A stretch of 64,000 bases of DNA from a bacterium (lineage in GTDB: Bacteria > UBA8248): contig OZ241875.1 in assembly GCA_965203325.1 (NCBI GenBank), positions 3,712,001 to 3,776,000 on the forward strand, in the 5' to 3' direction. The position numbers were made by a program, and so were the translations under genes. Of this stretch, positions 62,218-64,000 are shown one piece after another (within the stretch, counting starts at the first letter, position 1; each line of letters starts with the position of its first letter). Under the pieces are notes generated by a model. It was given only the letters and a program-made list of their open reading frames with translations, was not told the DNA's origin and did no database searches.

Positions 62218-63071
62218 ATGTCTGATGCGGATATCGGGGTCATCGGCGGCAGCGGCCTCTACGAGATGGCGGAGTTGGGCGAGGTGGAAGAACGCGCGCT
62301 CGATACGCCCTACGGCGCGCCCTCGGCCCCCTACGTCTTGGGGACGCTCTCCGGCAAGCGGGTCGCGTTTCTGCCCCGGCACGGACGCGGGCACGTATAT
62401 CTGCCGCATGAGATTCCCTTCCGCGCCAACATTCACGGATTCAAACAACTGGGCGTGGAGTGGCTCATATCCGTCAGCGCGGTGGGCAGCCTGAAAGAAA
62501 ACATCCATCCGGGCGACATCGTGATTCCCGACCAGTTCATCGACCTCACCAAGACGCGCATCGCCACGTTTTTCGGCGACGGCGTCGTCGCCCACGTTTC
62601 GATGGCGGACCCGGTATGCGGGGTTTTGAGCGGGATTCTGATGGGAGCGGCCCTCCGGGCGGGCGCGACGGCGCACGCGGGCGGCACGTACGTGTGCATG
62701 GAGGGTCCCCAGTTCAGCAGCCGGGCGGAGAGTTTTCGCTACCGCGCCTGGGGCGCTTCTGTCATCGGGATGACGAACATGCCCGAAGCGAAGCTCGCGC
62801 GCGAGGCGGAGATGAGCTACGCCACCATCGCGCTCGCGACCGATTATGACTGCTGGCACGAGGAGGAAGAGGCGGTGAGCGTGGAGGCCGTGATCGCCCA
62901 GGTGATGAGCAACGCGGCCCTCGCGCAGGAGATCATCAAAGAGGCGATACCTGAAATCGACGGCGATAGCCCCTTCGCAGGCTCTTTGGCGACGGCCCTC
63001 ATGACCGACCCGGCCCGTATGCCGGATGAGACGAAAGAGCGCCTGAGCCACCTGATTGGAAAATACATATC

Positions 63072-63075
<4 letters not shown>
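62218..63075 (+). CDS. mtnP: S-methyl-5'-thioadenosine phosphorylase
   Basis: [29 protein letters not shown] and TDYDCW motifs. Confidence 0.94.

Positions 63076-64000
<925 letters not shown>

Overview
GC-rich bacterial chromosomal segment. Positions 1-6 kb hold a decayed integrative element: two internally deleted tyrosine integrases and gene remnants beside intact P450, methyltransferase and cupin genes. About 8-22 kb is a visibly lower-GC tract containing an RND pump, Zn-dehydrogenase, queF, a Mo-hydroxylase large subunit, tRNA-Ala(CGC) and the 3' part of class II RNR nrdJ. The rest is mazEF, lpdA, a Fic gene, metabolic genes, a Dpp-type ABC system, dacB-recJ, moaDE, a Liv-type ABC system with three tandem binding proteins, and trpFBA-leuCDB-asd-mtnP-hemL. 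Signals the ORF track misses: (1) two genes split by an in-frame TGA at a redox Cys position (AhpD-like CxxU at 17226; exported peroxiredoxin-like UxxC at 41339), each followed by a SECIS-like hairpin with the same CTC-G(G)TC-GAG core whose loop starts after exactly 21 nt, i.e. two probable selenoproteins; (2) a duplicated, covarying two-hairpin RNA-like module between nrdJ and tRNA-Ala; (3) five copies of an 18-19 bp palindrome in repeat units around the Fic gene; (4) a nested MITE-like inverted-repeat element after lpdA; (5) a MoaD whose Gly-Gly end is capped by Cys-Ala. No CRISPR array or rRNA was seen. All calls come from motif reading only; no searches were run.
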